In this document: piece by piece, positions 28,117-37,654 of the stretch
Position numbering within the stretch: the stretch's first letter is position 1
Layout: each line of letters starts with the position of its first letter
IMG/VR virus record: IMGVR_UViG_3300005289_000016
Coordinates: 212,033 to 276,032 of that record
DNA: 64,000 bases
Strand: one strand, 5' to 3'
Notes under the pieces: generated by a model
What the model was told of the DNA's origin: nothing
Database searches by the model: none
The model's input: the letters and a program-made list of their open reading frames with translations, nothing else
Made by a program: the position numbers and the translations under genes

Positions 28117-28750
28117 TGTTGATACCCTCGAGGTAGGCTTGCATGGCCGGGTAGCAGTCCCGGAGTTTGGCGAAGGAGTAGTTGCTCATCTGCGCCTGGA
28201 TCATCTGGTCATCACGACCCGTCAGACGCCAGTCAAAGCGAAGACCTTCTTGCACCAGAGTCAGAGGGGTGTTGGCACCGGCCTCGTACTTGGTGATGTG
28301 GACCGCGTTGGCGTAATCCCACGGCGACTTCTGTAGCAGACGCCATGCCGCAGAGCTGGCCACTTGTTCCGCCGATTCCTGAGCAAAGGACAGCAGGGAC
28401 ATTGGCTCAGCCAGCACCTTGTTGTTCAGGAAGTCGTTGACGATGGCATCTTCAAGGTACAGCAGCTTAGGCGTGATGGTGCCCTTGGTGCGGAAGTACA
28501 GCTTGGTGATACCTGGACGCTGGCGAGGGATGTACGGTTGAACATCACCGCCCAGATGCGGAGCAGGTTGACCTTCTGGCCACCATTCGATGGTGTAGCC
28601 GACGATGGCGTATTGCAGATCGCTCAGGTAGTTGAAGACAGTGGCGTCTTTGATGCGGCAGTTGGCACGCAGTTGCACACCGGAGTTGTCCAGCAGGCGA
28701 ATGGTGCGGAAGTGACCGCGGTCCGGACCTGTGTAGAGTTCGTCAGCCAT
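28103..28750 (-). CDS. Hypothetical protein (last gene of the modification cluster)
   Basis: 215 aa; overlaps the lysin start by 14 nt. Confidence 0.7.
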   Translation of the reverse strand: MADELYTGPDRGHFRTIRLLDNSGVQLRANCRIKDATVFNYLSDLQYAIVGYTIEWWPEGQPAPHLGGDVQPYIPRQRPGITKLYFRTKGTITPKLLYLEDAIVNDFLNNKVLAEPMSLLSFAQESAEQVASSAAWRLLQKSPWDYANAVHITKYEAGANTPLTLVQEGLRFDWRLTGRDDQMIQAQMSNYSFAKLRDCYPAMQAYLEGINNGGN

Positions 28751-28752
28751 GG

Positions 28753-29304
28753 TTACGCCTTGAAGTGGAAGTCATTGATCAGCGACAACCGCAGTTGCGC
28801 AGGGTTAGCAGCAACGCTGTGCTGGATGTAGCTCGGCATCAGCCACAAGTCACCAGCTTTCGGCGAGATGTAGTGTTCGCCGAAGTGCGAGTCACGCACA
28901 GCACGCGGATAACCACGCGATGCATTGAAACGCGGGTCGATTAGCGACATGCCGGCTTGGGAATCTTCCGGGTAGTACACACTGGTCAGGCAGGAGTTGC
29001 CATGTAGGTGTGCACTCAGACCTTCCTGATGATCGAAGGCCTTGCCGAAGGTGTCGATCATGACTTCTTTCGGCATGACGTTGAAGATCTTCTGGATGTA
29101 GTCTTCGGCCACAGGACGCAGGATCACGTCACGGAAGTGAGTCAGGGCCGGGAACATCTCAGGGGTGATTTCCAGCGGAGTCTGCGAGTTCCGAGGGGAC
29201 ATGCAGTGCAGCTGATGGATCTCATCAATGAGGGCCGCGTTATCCACTTGGTCCAGCAGATTGACGTGACCGATCTCGATTTTCCATGGTTGGAAGAGTT
29301 TCAT
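28753..29304 (-). CDS. 2OG-Fe(II) oxygenase, HxH type (copy 3)
   Basis: AHLHGNS...SYIQHSV...RLSLIND; DPRFNASRGYP. Confidence 0.8.
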   Translation of the reverse strand: MKLFQPWKIEIGHVNLLDQVDNAALIDEIHQLHCMSPRNSQTPLEITPEMFPALTHFRDVILRPVAEDYIQKIFNVMPKEVMIDTFGKAFDHQEGLSAHLHGNSCLTSVYYPEDSQAGMSLIDPRFNASRGYPRAVRDSHFGEHYISPKAGDLWLMPSYIQHSVAANPAQLRLSLINDFHFKA

Positions 29305-29318
29305 TGAACGTCCCTATG

Positions 29319-29876
29319 TCAGTTGGGGTCGAGGAAGTAATCGTTGACGAAGGAGAGGCGTAGCTCATCCCGAACGGGGTTAACCGAATGCAGGATGTAA
29401 CTTGGGATGATGTACACATCCCCAGCCTTAGGCTCGATCCGGTAGTTACCGAAGTGTCCACGACTGATGTGGCTTGGATAACCACGAGCAGCATTGCCCC
29501 GCGGGTCAACCAAGACCAGACGTGACGCAGCATCAACCGGATACATCACCACAGTCAGACTCGACATAGCGTGGATGTGATGTTCGAGGTCTGCTCCGTC
29601 CTGGATACATACACATTGCGACAAAATGTCGACATCCGCAGCTTCAAGGCTCAGGTCGAACTCAGTGCGAATGTACTCAAGGACTTTCGGAGTGATGCAG
29701 CGATCACGCAGGTCCACCAGATCCGCTACCTCAGGAGCGTTGGGATCAACGGATACGAAGCTGCCGTTGACTTGCATGCTGTTGGCCAAGATAGCACCAA
29801 CGATGAGATCAAGGTCCACCTGATCAGCAATGTTGAACTTACCGATGGTGGTGGTCCAAGGTTGGATACGTTCCAT
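29319..29876 (-). CDS. 2OG-Fe(II) oxygenase, HxH type (copy 2)
   Basis: HHIHAMS...SYILHSV...RLSFVND; DPRGNAARGYP. Confidence 0.8.
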   Translation of the reverse strand: MERIQPWTTTIGKFNIADQVDLDLIVGAILANSMQVNGSFVSVDPNAPEVADLVDLRDRCITPKVLEYIRTEFDLSLEAADVDILSQCVCIQDGADLEHHIHAMSSLTVVMYPVDAASRLVLVDPRGNAARGYPSHISRGHFGNYRIEPKAGDVYIIPSYILHSVNPVRDELRLSFVNDYFLDPN

Positions 29877-29878
29877 GG

Positions 29879-30442
29879 TCAGAGATCCGTGATGACGTAG
29901 TATTCGTGCAGCAATGAGAGACGGGTAGCCTCGTCGACATTGGGCACACTGTGTTGGACATAGCTCGGGAAGATCAGCACATCGCCCGCTTTCGGACTGA
30001 CTTTGAAGTTGGCAAAGTGCGGGCTATTGCGCATGCGCTTGGGATAGCCACGACAAGCATTGCCTTTCGGGTCGAACATGACCAACGAATTGGTCGAGTC
30101 GCTTGGGTAGCAGATGGCAGAGATCACAGAGCCAGGATGGTAGTGCGGAAACAGACCTTGCCCTTCAGGAATCCACTTGCCGTTGGTGTCGACGTGGAAT
30201 TCATTGATGTTGAACGCAAAGTGTTCCTTGGCGTACTCCATCACCTTGGGTGTAATGATCCGGTCCCGCATCTCGAGGATGATCGGGAAGAGTTCCCTGT
30301 TCTTGATGACCAGTTGACGATCGTCTTCTCCGTCAGTCATTGCAAACAACGACAGGACTTCATCAGCATACGCTGCCATGTCGAACTGATCGGCTACGTT
30401 GAACCGCACCAATGGAACAGACCACAGGTTGAGTGTTTCCAT
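29879..30442 (-). CDS. 2OG-Fe(II) oxygenase, HxH type (copy 1)
   Basis: PHYHPGS...SYVQHSV...RLSLLHE; DPKGNACRGYP. Confidence 0.8.
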   Translation of the reverse strand: METLNLWSVPLVRFNVADQFDMAAYADEVLSLFAMTDGEDDRQLVIKNRELFPIILEMRDRIITPKVMEYAKEHFAFNINEFHVDTNGKWIPEGQGLFPHYHPGSVISAICYPSDSTNSLVMFDPKGNACRGYPKRMRNSPHFANFKVSPKAGDVLIFPSYVQHSVPNVDEATRLSLLHEYYVITDL

Positions 30443-30444
30443 GG

Positions 30445-30876
30445 TTACTCCGTGAGGGATGCGATCCCTTCCTCAGTGCACTCGAGCAGACAGTACTTGA
30501 CCGACTTGGGAGCCCAGCCGCCTTTGATCCAGTCCGGCATGTCTTTCAACCGTTTTAAGATCGCTTCGTACGTTTCTGGATCGCAACTGTACGGGACGAA
30601 GTACGGGTCCTGATTAAGGAACAGGTCCTTGTCGTCGAGGATGGTCCGAACAGGCAGGTTGTAGAGATCACACAGCGTGAAGGCGTAGATGATGGCCACG
30701 GCGTAACTCTTAGCCGGGTACACCAACGGGAATTCAGCCTTCTGGAAGTACGCCAAGGCGTTCTCTACTAGCTCACCACTTTCGACGAACTCCATCAGGG
30801 AGAAATCGTCAGTGTGCTCGGTGACCAGCAGATTATAGAGCTGCTGGTATTCTTTATAAGGGAGAGTGTGCATCAT
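30445..30876 (-). CDS. Hypothetical protein in radical SAM cluster
   Basis: 143 aa; coupled to flanking genes; LVYPAKSYAVAIIYA. Confidence 0.7.
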   Translation of the reverse strand: MMHTLPYKEYQQLYNLLVTEHTDDFSLMEFVESGELVENALAYFQKAEFPLVYPAKSYAVAIIYAFTLCDLYNLPVRTILDDKDLFLNQDPYFVPYSCDPETYEAILKRLKDMPDWIKGGWAPKSVKYCLLECTEEGIASLTE

Positions 30877-31918
30877 GTTCCTCTTTGGTCATCAGATCCC
30901 AGCGGTTCTTCATGTCGATGAGGCATTTTTCAGAACCCGTTTCTTCCATCAGGCGCTGAACGTCACACCGTGAACAACTATCGAGGAAACAGCAGTCGCC
31001 ACACTCAGGATGTGCACTGTATTTCTCAAGGTTACGGTAGTACGCTTCTTGCCGGTCTGCGATCACAGCTTCGGCAGTCCACGGCTTTGCCAGCTTGAAG
31101 TTGTCTTTGTAGATGGTGAGGTTCTCTACCAACACAATGGTCGAATAGAGGGAGCCGCCACGGTAGGTGAATTCATACCCTTCCTTGTTGCCTGGAATCA
31201 ATGGTACAAATTCAACGGTATTCACACGCTCTTTTGCAAAGTCAGCGAATACCTTCAGATCTCGCTTGAACCGCTCGGCATTCATGATGTTGTCGAAGCC
31301 TTGGCGGGCTGCCACAAAGGGGAACTCAATCACCTTGTGGATACCTTCGCCGAAGTCCATGTAGCGGATCTTCTTGAACGCCTCGTCGCTGAAGTGAGCA
31401 AGGTTACCTTCCTCGACGTTGATGGTGGCATACAGGCGACTGAACTCTGCTTTCTTCATCATGCCTTTGAATCGCGCAAGGCGATCCTTGAGGATGGCGA
31501 CGTATTTGTCGTTGCAGATATTCTTCAAGGTGATGGGTGTGCCAACGTTGACATACTTGCCGGGCATCAACTCATCCATCAACTCAGCGACTTCTTCCAG
31601 ATGGCGATCATGGAGCATCGCCATGTTGATCGTCAGCACTTTAAAGTGAGCAGCGATCTTGCGAAACGATGGGTGGCGCAATACCTGAAACCCGTTGTCC
31701 GCACTGGTAATGTCGGTCGGCCCTAACTTGAGTTCCAGCAGACGGAAGTCGTGGGCTTTCAAGTCTTCGAGCAACGCTTCCAAATCAGCCGTGTCTTCAT
31801 CAGACATGTCGAAGGGAGCGAAGTTCTTCTCGACAGTACAGCCGGGGCAGCTATAGCCACACCCCTTGAGGACTTCCAGACCCAAGTTAAAGGTCTGGGA
31901 TACACGTTCACTGAACAT
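30854..31918 (-). CDS. Divergent radical SAM-like protein with Cys-rich C-terminus
   Basis: CGYSCPGC (CxxxCxxC); GPTD in place of GGEP; C-terminal CGDCCFLDSCSRC...C. Confidence 0.75.
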   Translation of the reverse strand: MFSERVSQTFNLGLEVLKGCGYSCPGCTVEKNFAPFDMSDEDTADLEALLEDLKAHDFRLLELKLGPTDITSADNGFQVLRHPSFRKIAAHFKVLTINMAMLHDRHLEEVAELMDELMPGKYVNVGTPITLKNICNDKYVAILKDRLARFKGMMKKAEFSRLYATINVEEGNLAHFSDEAFKKIRYMDFGEGIHKVIEFPFVAARQGFDNIMNAERFKRDLKVFADFAKERVNTVEFVPLIPGNKEGYEFTYRGGSLYSTIVLVENLTIYKDNFKLAKPWTAEAVIADRQEAYYRNLEKYSAHPECGDCCFLDSCSRCDVQRLMEETGSEKCLIDMKNRWDLMTKEEHDAHSPL

Positions 31919-32936
31919 ACTGCAACCCCACTAGGCAGTCTTTGATTGACATGTGTTGCATGATCGCGCTGATGCCCTTCTCAGAGCAGCTACTGATGTA
32001 GGGGCACGTCATACAGGGCGTGTCCTTCAAGTACTCCAGAGACGCATCCAGAGCCTTCTGACGCACTGTCAAGAGGTTCTCCATGGTCCATGGCTTAGGG
32101 ATGGTGAACTCGTCGTCTAGGAACGGGCAATCATCCTTCAAGAAAGGCACCCAGTACAGCTTACCGTCGGTGTACAGCAAGTTGCACATGGTCCCAGTGT
32201 CATAATGCAGGTCTGGGTTACGTCGACGTTCATCCTGACCTTCAAGCTCAGAGTAGTACTGCGTGATGCGGTAACTCATGCGCTTGATCTGCTCACTCAC
32301 CATCAGGGTCTTTTGTTTAACCCGACCGTAAGGGATGTTCAGGATGTCATCTTTGTCCACAGGGAACTCAACGTCAAACCCAGCCCGCATGAACTCCTCG
32401 AACTTGTCGTCCACGGTGTCCTGCGTGCAACTGATAACAAAGCCAGCCTCATTCAAGTACGCCGATTGCATGGTGTTCTTGATGTGGGAAAGCTTCTTAC
32501 CCACCATGTTGCCGAACTTCTCATTGCGGAAGAAGTACGGCGCAGCAGGGATCAGGAAGCGGATAGGCTTACCTGGCACTGATTGATCGATCTCAGCACA
32601 CATACTCGTGTACTTGTCCATGTTCGTCTCAAGGAACGCTGCGTTGAACGTCACCTGATGGAACATCTGAGCCATCTCTTGGAACTCAGGATGGGCCATG
32701 ACCTCATCTTTGTTGCTGGCAGTCATGTAGTCGGTAGGGCCGACACCCAGATCGAACGCCACGTAACCTGCTGTGGTCATTTCCGTCAGCAGGTCCTTCA
32801 GGGCAGCGAGGTCATTGACATCACCGCCCATGGCCTTGTCGATCATGCATCCGGGACAGACGTGTCCGCACCCTCGGAATAGATCAAGCGTGATTTCCAG
32901 CCGCTGTCTGTGCTGGACGAAGTGTGGAGATTCCAT
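31908..32936 (-). CDS. Divergent radical SAM-like protein with Cys-rich C-terminus
   Basis: CGHVCPGC; GPTD; C-terminal CMTCPYISSC...C; paralog of 30854-31918. Confidence 0.75.
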   Translation of the reverse strand: MESPHFVQHRQRLEITLDLFRGCGHVCPGCMIDKAMGGDVNDLAALKDLLTEMTTAGYVAFDLGVGPTDYMTASNKDEVMAHPEFQEMAQMFHQVTFNAAFLETNMDKYTSMCAEIDQSVPGKPIRFLIPAAPYFFRNEKFGNMVGKKLSHIKNTMQSAYLNEAGFVISCTQDTVDDKFEEFMRAGFDVEFPVDKDDILNIPYGRVKQKTLMVSEQIKRMSYRITQYYSELEGQDERRRNPDLHYDTGTMCNLLYTDGKLYWVPFLKDDCPFLDDEFTIPKPWTMENLLTVRQKALDASLEYLKDTPCMTCPYISSCSEKGISAIMQHMSIKDCLVGLQYVQ

Positions 32937-33847
32937 TGGTCAAGTAACCCCTTGAAGCCGTTACAGGAGTGAGTCAGATCTTTCACCTCCCGAAGATGCT
33001 CAGAGAGGCAGTGACCCATGTAGTTACAGGAAGAGCAGTGACCATTGGTCGTGACTGCTTCTTTTTCTTTGGCACACCACGCAAGGTAACCAGCAACGCC
33101 ATCCACATCGAGGAAGAACTCGTTGTCATTGGCATCGAACTCAAGCACAGCCAGAGAGCCCGTCGGTGTGATGTAGAGGTGATCGTCACTGAAGGCATTA
33201 CGCGTACCTTCAGCCGCCTCTTTCACTTGCCGCTCATTCTCAAAGTAGAACTCTCGCTCAGGGTGTTCAATGACAGCCCAGACGAAACGCTCAAACTCAT
33301 CAAACGGCACGTTCTGGGCATTGGCCTGGTTCGTGCTGTAGGGTTTGATCTCGACGTCCTTTGCATTGGCCAGCATGTTCATGGTCTGCACGAACGTATC
33401 GACGCTCACGGTGTCCAGGAACTTGCGAGAGGCCAACGTCAGGATGGTGAAGGGACGCGTCAGCATGAAAAGGTTGTTCAACACCCGGTCATGCATCTCC
33501 CGTGCTTCAAAGTCATACGACACGCTGAGGTCGAAGTCCAAGTCCTCGGTGATCTCGTTGAGCAACGTGAGGTTCGAGACCAACACGATATCATCCAGAC
33601 CGTACCGGTGCAGGATCTCTTTCATCTCCAGCAGGTACTCGGGAGGCAACAGCAGGACTTCCCCACCGTAGATGTCGATGTGCCCAACGTCATAGTGCTC
33701 AAGGATCTCCAGCAGCCTTTCTTCAAAGACGCCCAAGTCCATGCGTGTCCGATCACCCAACTGCTCTGGTGTGAGATAACAGAACTCACAGCGCAGGTTA
33801 CAGTAGTAAGACGGGTTTACGCTGAGGTTGATTTTTGGCTTAGGCAT
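32843..33847 (-). CDS. Radical SAM/SPASM-domain protein
   Basis: CNLRCEFC, YGGEVL and C-terminal CSSCNYMGHC...C; overlaps the next gene by 94 nt. Confidence 0.85.
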   Translation of the reverse strand: MPKPKINLSVNPSYYCNLRCEFCYLTPEQLGDRTRMDLGVFEERLLEILEHYDVGHIDIYGGEVLLLPPEYLLEMKEILHRYGLDDIVLVSNLTLLNEITEDLDFDLSVSYDFEAREMHDRVLNNLFMLTRPFTILTLASRKFLDTVSVDTFVQTMNMLANAKDVEIKPYSTNQANAQNVPFDEFERFVWAVIEHPEREFYFENERQVKEAAEGTRNAFSDDHLYITPTGSLAVLEFDANDNEFFLDVDGVAGYLAWCAKEKEAVTTNGHCSSCNYMGHCLSEHLREVKDLTHSCNGFKGLLDQWNLHTSSSTDSGWKSRLIYSEGADTSVPDA

Positions 33848-34023
33848 TTGATAAGTTCTCGCTGGTAGGGATTCAATGGAACTCCCATGGAATCCTTCAT
33901 TACATCGAGGAAGTCATCCACGTTCTCGGTGCACCGTTTGATGACGACCTTCTTCAAGACCTCAGGGATCTGAAGCTTGAGTTCGTAGCCCGGTGGGAAG
34001 AAAGCCATTTGATCGACGATCAT
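33817..34023 (-). CDS. Small hypothetical protein
   Basis: 68 aa from ATG 34023 after GAGGA. Confidence 0.5.
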   Translation of the reverse strand: MIVDQMAFFPPGYELKLQIPEVLKKVVIKRCTENVDDFLDVMKDSMGVPLNPYQRELIKCLSQKSTSA

Positions 34024-34033
34024 GGTCAAGTCC

Positions 34034-34240
34034 TCAGAGAATCGTGGAACCACTTTCAACTGACTTGGAATGTTTCATAGCCAGTTCATGGATGCTCTTG
34101 CGCAGGTCAACTTCGAAGTCGGCAAAGCCCACCGACGTCATGGTCAGTCCACGAGCCACCAGCTGACGTATGATCGCTTCGCCTTCCCGCTCGAGGGTGG
34201 TGGTAAGTTCTTTCTTCAGTTGTTCATGACCGTATTTCAT
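34034..34240 (-). CDS. Small hypothetical protein
   Basis: 68 aa; starts 2 nt after the stop of the upstream rSAM gene. Confidence 0.6.
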   Translation of the reverse strand: MKYGHEQLKKELTTTLEREGEAIIRQLVARGLTMTSVGFADFEVDLRKSIHELAMKHSKSVESGSTIL

Positions 34241-34242
34241 GG

Positions 34243-35331
34243 TTAGCCTTTCGCGATGAGTTGGACAGATTCGTCCACGTAAGGTGTTGGGATCAGGTAT
34301 TCAGTCTGACCGTTCAATTCAATGATGCGAGGAGCCAGCGTCTTCATCTTCTTGCAATGATGTTCAGCCAGACCCAGTCGTTTAGTGTCAGCCACCGTCT
34401 TACGGCAACCGTTGCACACAGGGAACATCGGACACTCGTTACAGGCGTCCTTCATCGACCACAGTTCTTCCTGATTGCGCAGTGGAGTGAAGAACTCACC
34501 CGCCATCTCTTTCTCGAAGTCGATGGGGTACTTGAGGTCGTCACCAAAGGCTCCACAGGAGAAATACTGGTTGCCCGGTTGCAGACTGCGGATACCGCCA
34601 TCGCAATCACGGGACAGAGGGCAGATGGTGTTCTGCGTCGACAGGCGCTTGACCAATTGCTTGGTGTTGAACTCCCACTGCATGAGACCAGCGTCGTAGA
34701 TTTCAAGGTACTTCTCGTACATGTCAGCCTGAGTGTACATGGTCTCAGCGTTGCCCATGGAGACGCCCTTGTTGAGCACCACAGGACCAGAAGCTACCGC
34801 GTAGTTAACCTTGGCCTCTACGCCCATCCGCTGAGCCAGACGCACCGTGTCAAGGACCGTGTGCTCATTGCTCTTATCGACGACTGCAATGAAGTCAGGA
34901 CGATAGCCAATGCGCTCAAGGAACAGATCACTGACTGCCCAGAACTCTTCTTCAGTGAACGGCGTCTTATCGCCCTTGAGGCGTGCATCGCCGTACTGGA
35001 ACGAGGTCGTCACACCCAGACGTGGATGACGGAACAACTCTTCCCACATCTCAGGCTTCTTGTAGAAAGGCCAGAGGTTGCTGGTGAAGGAGATCGACGC
35101 ATCGGACTCCAGACGGTCTAGGATCGCGATCAGGTCCCAGTAATACTGCACAGGCATCATGAGAGGGTCACCGCCGTTAACGATGATGGTGCGCGTCTCA
35201 GGGTACCGTACGATGAACCGTTCCACATCCTCCAGACTCACGACCTCATTGGCGTCATCGGTCAGGTAGGTGCTGGAGCAAAAGGTGCACTTGAAGTTAC
35301 ACCGCTGCGTCGGCTTTAGGATCAGGTCCAT
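34243..35331 (-). CDS. Radical SAM/SPASM-domain protein
   Basis: LKPTQRCNFKCTFC, NGGDPLM; SPASM-like CPLSRDC...SCG...CNECPMFPVCNGC...C. Confidence 0.9.
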   Translation of the reverse strand: MDLILKPTQRCNFKCTFCSSTYLTDDANEVVSLEDVERFIVRYPETRTIIVNGGDPLMMPVQYYWDLIAILDRLESDASISFTSNLWPFYKKPEMWEELFRHPRLGVTTSFQYGDARLKGDKTPFTEEEFWAVSDLFLERIGYRPDFIAVVDKSNEHTVLDTVRLAQRMGVEAKVNYAVASGPVVLNKGVSMGNAETMYTQADMYEKYLEIYDAGLMQWEFNTKQLVKRLSTQNTICPLSRDCDGGIRSLQPGNQYFSCGAFGDDLKYPIDFEKEMAGEFFTPLRNQEELWSMKDACNECPMFPVCNGCRKTVADTKRLGLAEHHCKKMKTLAPRIIELNGQTEYLIPTPYVDESVQLIAKG

Positions 35332-35512
35332 CGGTGTTCCCCTTGTTCTCGTATTTGCCCGTCCAGACACCAAGGTAATCTCGACGGAATTGTTCGTGCT
35401 CTGGACTACGCGCTTCCTCTAACTTCTTACGAAGCCAGGTATCGTCACCCAGCTTACGAGGGAACCGAGGTACACGTGGTAGGCGACGCATTGGTAGGAT
35501 GGGGTCGGTCAT
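35297..35512 (-). CDS. Small basic hypothetical protein
   Basis: 71 aa MTDPILPMRR; SD GGAG; TATGAA 20 nt upstream. Confidence 0.5.
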   Translation of the reverse strand: MTDPILPMRRLPRVPRFPRKLGDDTWLRKKLEEARSPEHEQFRRDYLGVWTGKYENKGNTDGPDPKADAAV

Positions 35513-35531
35513 GGATAACACTCCAGATATA

Positions 35532-35537
35532 TTCATA
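35532..35537 (-). promoter_or_regulatory. Candidate late promoter core inside the rSAM cluster
   Basis: TATGAA in AT-rich context, just downstream (minus sense) of a hairpin. Confidence 0.45.
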
Positions 35538-35568
35538 GGAATGTTTGAGTGAAGTTTTAAATAGCGGA

Positions 35569-35593
35569 CATAGGGGAGGGACGAGCCCTCCCC
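35569..35593 (-). terminator. Hairpin/terminator inside the rSAM cluster
   Basis: ggggaggg-acgag-ccctcccc immediately after the stop of 35598-36596. Confidence 0.6.
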
Positions 35594-35597
35594 GAGT

Positions 35598-36596
35598 CTA
35601 CAAGACGACTTTGAACATCTCTCGGATAGAGCAGACCTTGGACTTGCTGTCCAAGACCTTGTCGTGCAGGAAACAACGCAGCCCACACCGGGAGTAGTAC
35701 TCGCACTCAAAGCAACCGTAATGTTCCACGAATGCAACCTCAGCAGCGTCCTTGGCAATCAAGCCTTCAGTCTCGTCTAAGATCGCATCCTTACCTGCTT
35801 CAGACCAACAGGTACTGATCACGCCATCCTTGTTGATGATCTTGGTGGAGCGACACGTGGTCTCATTGATCACGTTGTTCTTCCAGTCCTTGATCGGATA
35901 CGAGTTCGGGTACTTGTTGTTCAGCGCAATGTACATCGTGCTGATCAGGTCTTCGTCAGGTTGGTGATGCAGGTACATCTGACTGGGGATGTAATGATCG
36001 AAGTACACATCGTACCGTTCACACATCTCAGCAAACTCCTCGCCTTCTTTACCGTCAAGGAATGTCTGGATGTTCTGTTTGGTGATCACCACGTTGACCG
36101 TCTGGACCAGATCACCCAGCGTCTCGAGGTTCTTGAAGAACAAGGCTCGTTGAGCAGGATTGAATCGACCAGCGGGGTCATAAGACGTGGCCAGCCAGAC
36201 ACGCTCATCAATCACCCGAAGGCGTTCGATAAGGTGCCTGACTCGGTCAGTGTTGTGATAAACGAGGTTCGTGCCAAAGACCAGTTTGATGTGCTTGAAG
36301 TGACTCAAGGCCATCTTGCCGGCTTGGTAGTAAGCTTCGAAGAGTTCGTCGCTCACCTCGTTCATGAACAGTTCACCGCCTGTGAAGTTAACCACCATGG
36401 CTGTGTCTGGATGTGTAGTCGCCAACAACTTAGCAACCTTGTCGATCACTAGATCCCCGTCGAGACCCACTTTGGAATCGTGGTCCTGGTGGCAGAATGA
36501 GCAGCGCATGTTGCACAGCTCGAACAGAATCAGGTGAGCTTCTTTCCACTTACCTTTCTTCTCACGCAGGATGTCTACAACAGGGATCAGGTTCAT
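35598..36596 (-). CDS. Radical SAM/SPASM-domain protein
   Basis: CNMRCSFC, TGGELF; C-terminal CRS...TC...CFECEYYSRCGLRC...C. Confidence 0.85.
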   Translation of the reverse strand: MNLIPVVDILREKKGKWKEAHLILFELCNMRCSFCHQDHDSKVGLDGDLVIDKVAKLLATTHPDTAMVVNFTGGELFMNEVSDELFEAYYQAGKMALSHFKHIKLVFGTNLVYHNTDRVRHLIERLRVIDERVWLATSYDPAGRFNPAQRALFFKNLETLGDLVQTVNVVITKQNIQTFLDGKEGEEFAEMCERYDVYFDHYIPSQMYLHHQPDEDLISTMYIALNNKYPNSYPIKDWKNNVINETTCRSTKIINKDGVISTCWSEAGKDAILDETEGLIAKDAAEVAFVEHYGCFECEYYSRCGLRCFLHDKVLDSKSKVCSIREMFKVVL

Positions 36597-37654
36597 TACC
36601 AGTTCGCTCCCTTGACGCAGTCCTTCAGGACGTCGACTTGTTCCGACAGGATGTACCGCACGAGGTTCTCGTCGTACTTGCCGGAGTCAGCGTTAGGCAG
36701 AGCCAGACGCTTGGCACCTTTGAACATGGTCAGCACCCGCTGCTTCAACACCTCAGGATCAAGGAGGTCTTCATCGGACGTGAGCAACTGATAGACCAGT
36801 CGAGTACGGCCCGCAGTCGGACCCTCGTCGCAATGATCCAACACGGTGATCAGTTCCAGAAGCAGGCCCTTGATCCACACGTCCGTTGGCTTGTTGTCGA
36901 ACAAGTTCGGCTGGAGGAACATGGTGCTGTTCAGGTAGTGGAAGTTCAACGTACCTTCGAACACGCTCTGCCCATTGAGCAGGGTGTTCATGTCAGCACC
37001 GGCGAAGTCCCAGGCTTCCGGGTTGGCGATCTGACGACCCCATACGTCGAGAGCATCGTAGCCGTTGGCCAGCGCGATGCGACGCAGGATGTTCTTCAGA
37101 GTCTTTGGCAGCTTGCCCACACGGTTGTCGGTGAACAGACGCATGATGCGCCATTCCAGCGACAGCGAGTCTGGGTTTTCAGTAACCAGCTCACCGAACA
37201 CTTCCTGATGAGGATCTTCGAACGCGAACAGTTCTTGAACGACCTGCTCGTTGATGGTCACTTCGTTCAGGATGTTGGTGGTCGGCTTGTGCATGTTCAG
37301 CAGCGACACCTGGAAGGTAGCCTTCTTGCAGAGCATGATCCAGCGGAACACGTCGATCGTGACGTTAGGCATTACTGCCTTGACCAACATGGTGTACAGG
37401 CGCAGGTAGGTCTGACCGTCGACGTAGACGAACACCTTGTCGTCTTGGCTGAAGATCTTGTCGAACAGGTCCTTGAACACATCGCCTTCAAGCGCGTCCA
37501 GAGACACCGCATAGCCAAGTTGCTCAGAACTCTCCTCGTACTCCGCCGGGTGATACTCAAAGCCCACACGTGGACTGATGGTGGCGTACGGAATACGCTT
37601 ACGTGAGATACGGGATTCGATCTCGACGTAGATTCGGTCACGCAGATGGTACAT
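36596..37654 (-). CDS. Hypothetical protein in radical SAM cluster
   Basis: 352 aa; SD AAGGAG before ATG 37654; strong codon bias. Confidence 0.75.
   Translation of the reverse strand: MYHLRDRIYVEIESRISRKRIPYATISPRVGFEYHPAEYEESSEQLGYAVSLDALEGDVFKDLFDKIFSQDDKVFVYVDGQTYLRLYTMLVKAVMPNVTIDVFRWIMLCKKATFQVSLLNMHKPTTNILNEVTINEQVVQELFAFEDPHQEVFGELVTENPDSLSLEWRIMRLFTDNRVGKLPKTLKNILRRIALANGYDALDVWGRQIANPEAWDFAGADMNTLLNGQSVFEGTLNFHYLNSTMFLQPNLFDNKPTDVWIKGLLLELITVLDHCDEGPTAGRTRLVYQLLTSDEDLLDPEVLKQRVLTMFKGAKRLALPNADSGKYDENLVRYILSEQVDVLKDCVKGANW

Noticed and set aside
33817-35512. Terminase-like snippets (LNPYQRE, FRRDYLGVW) in the small ORFs
   Set aside because: Too short to support homology; no Walker motifs.
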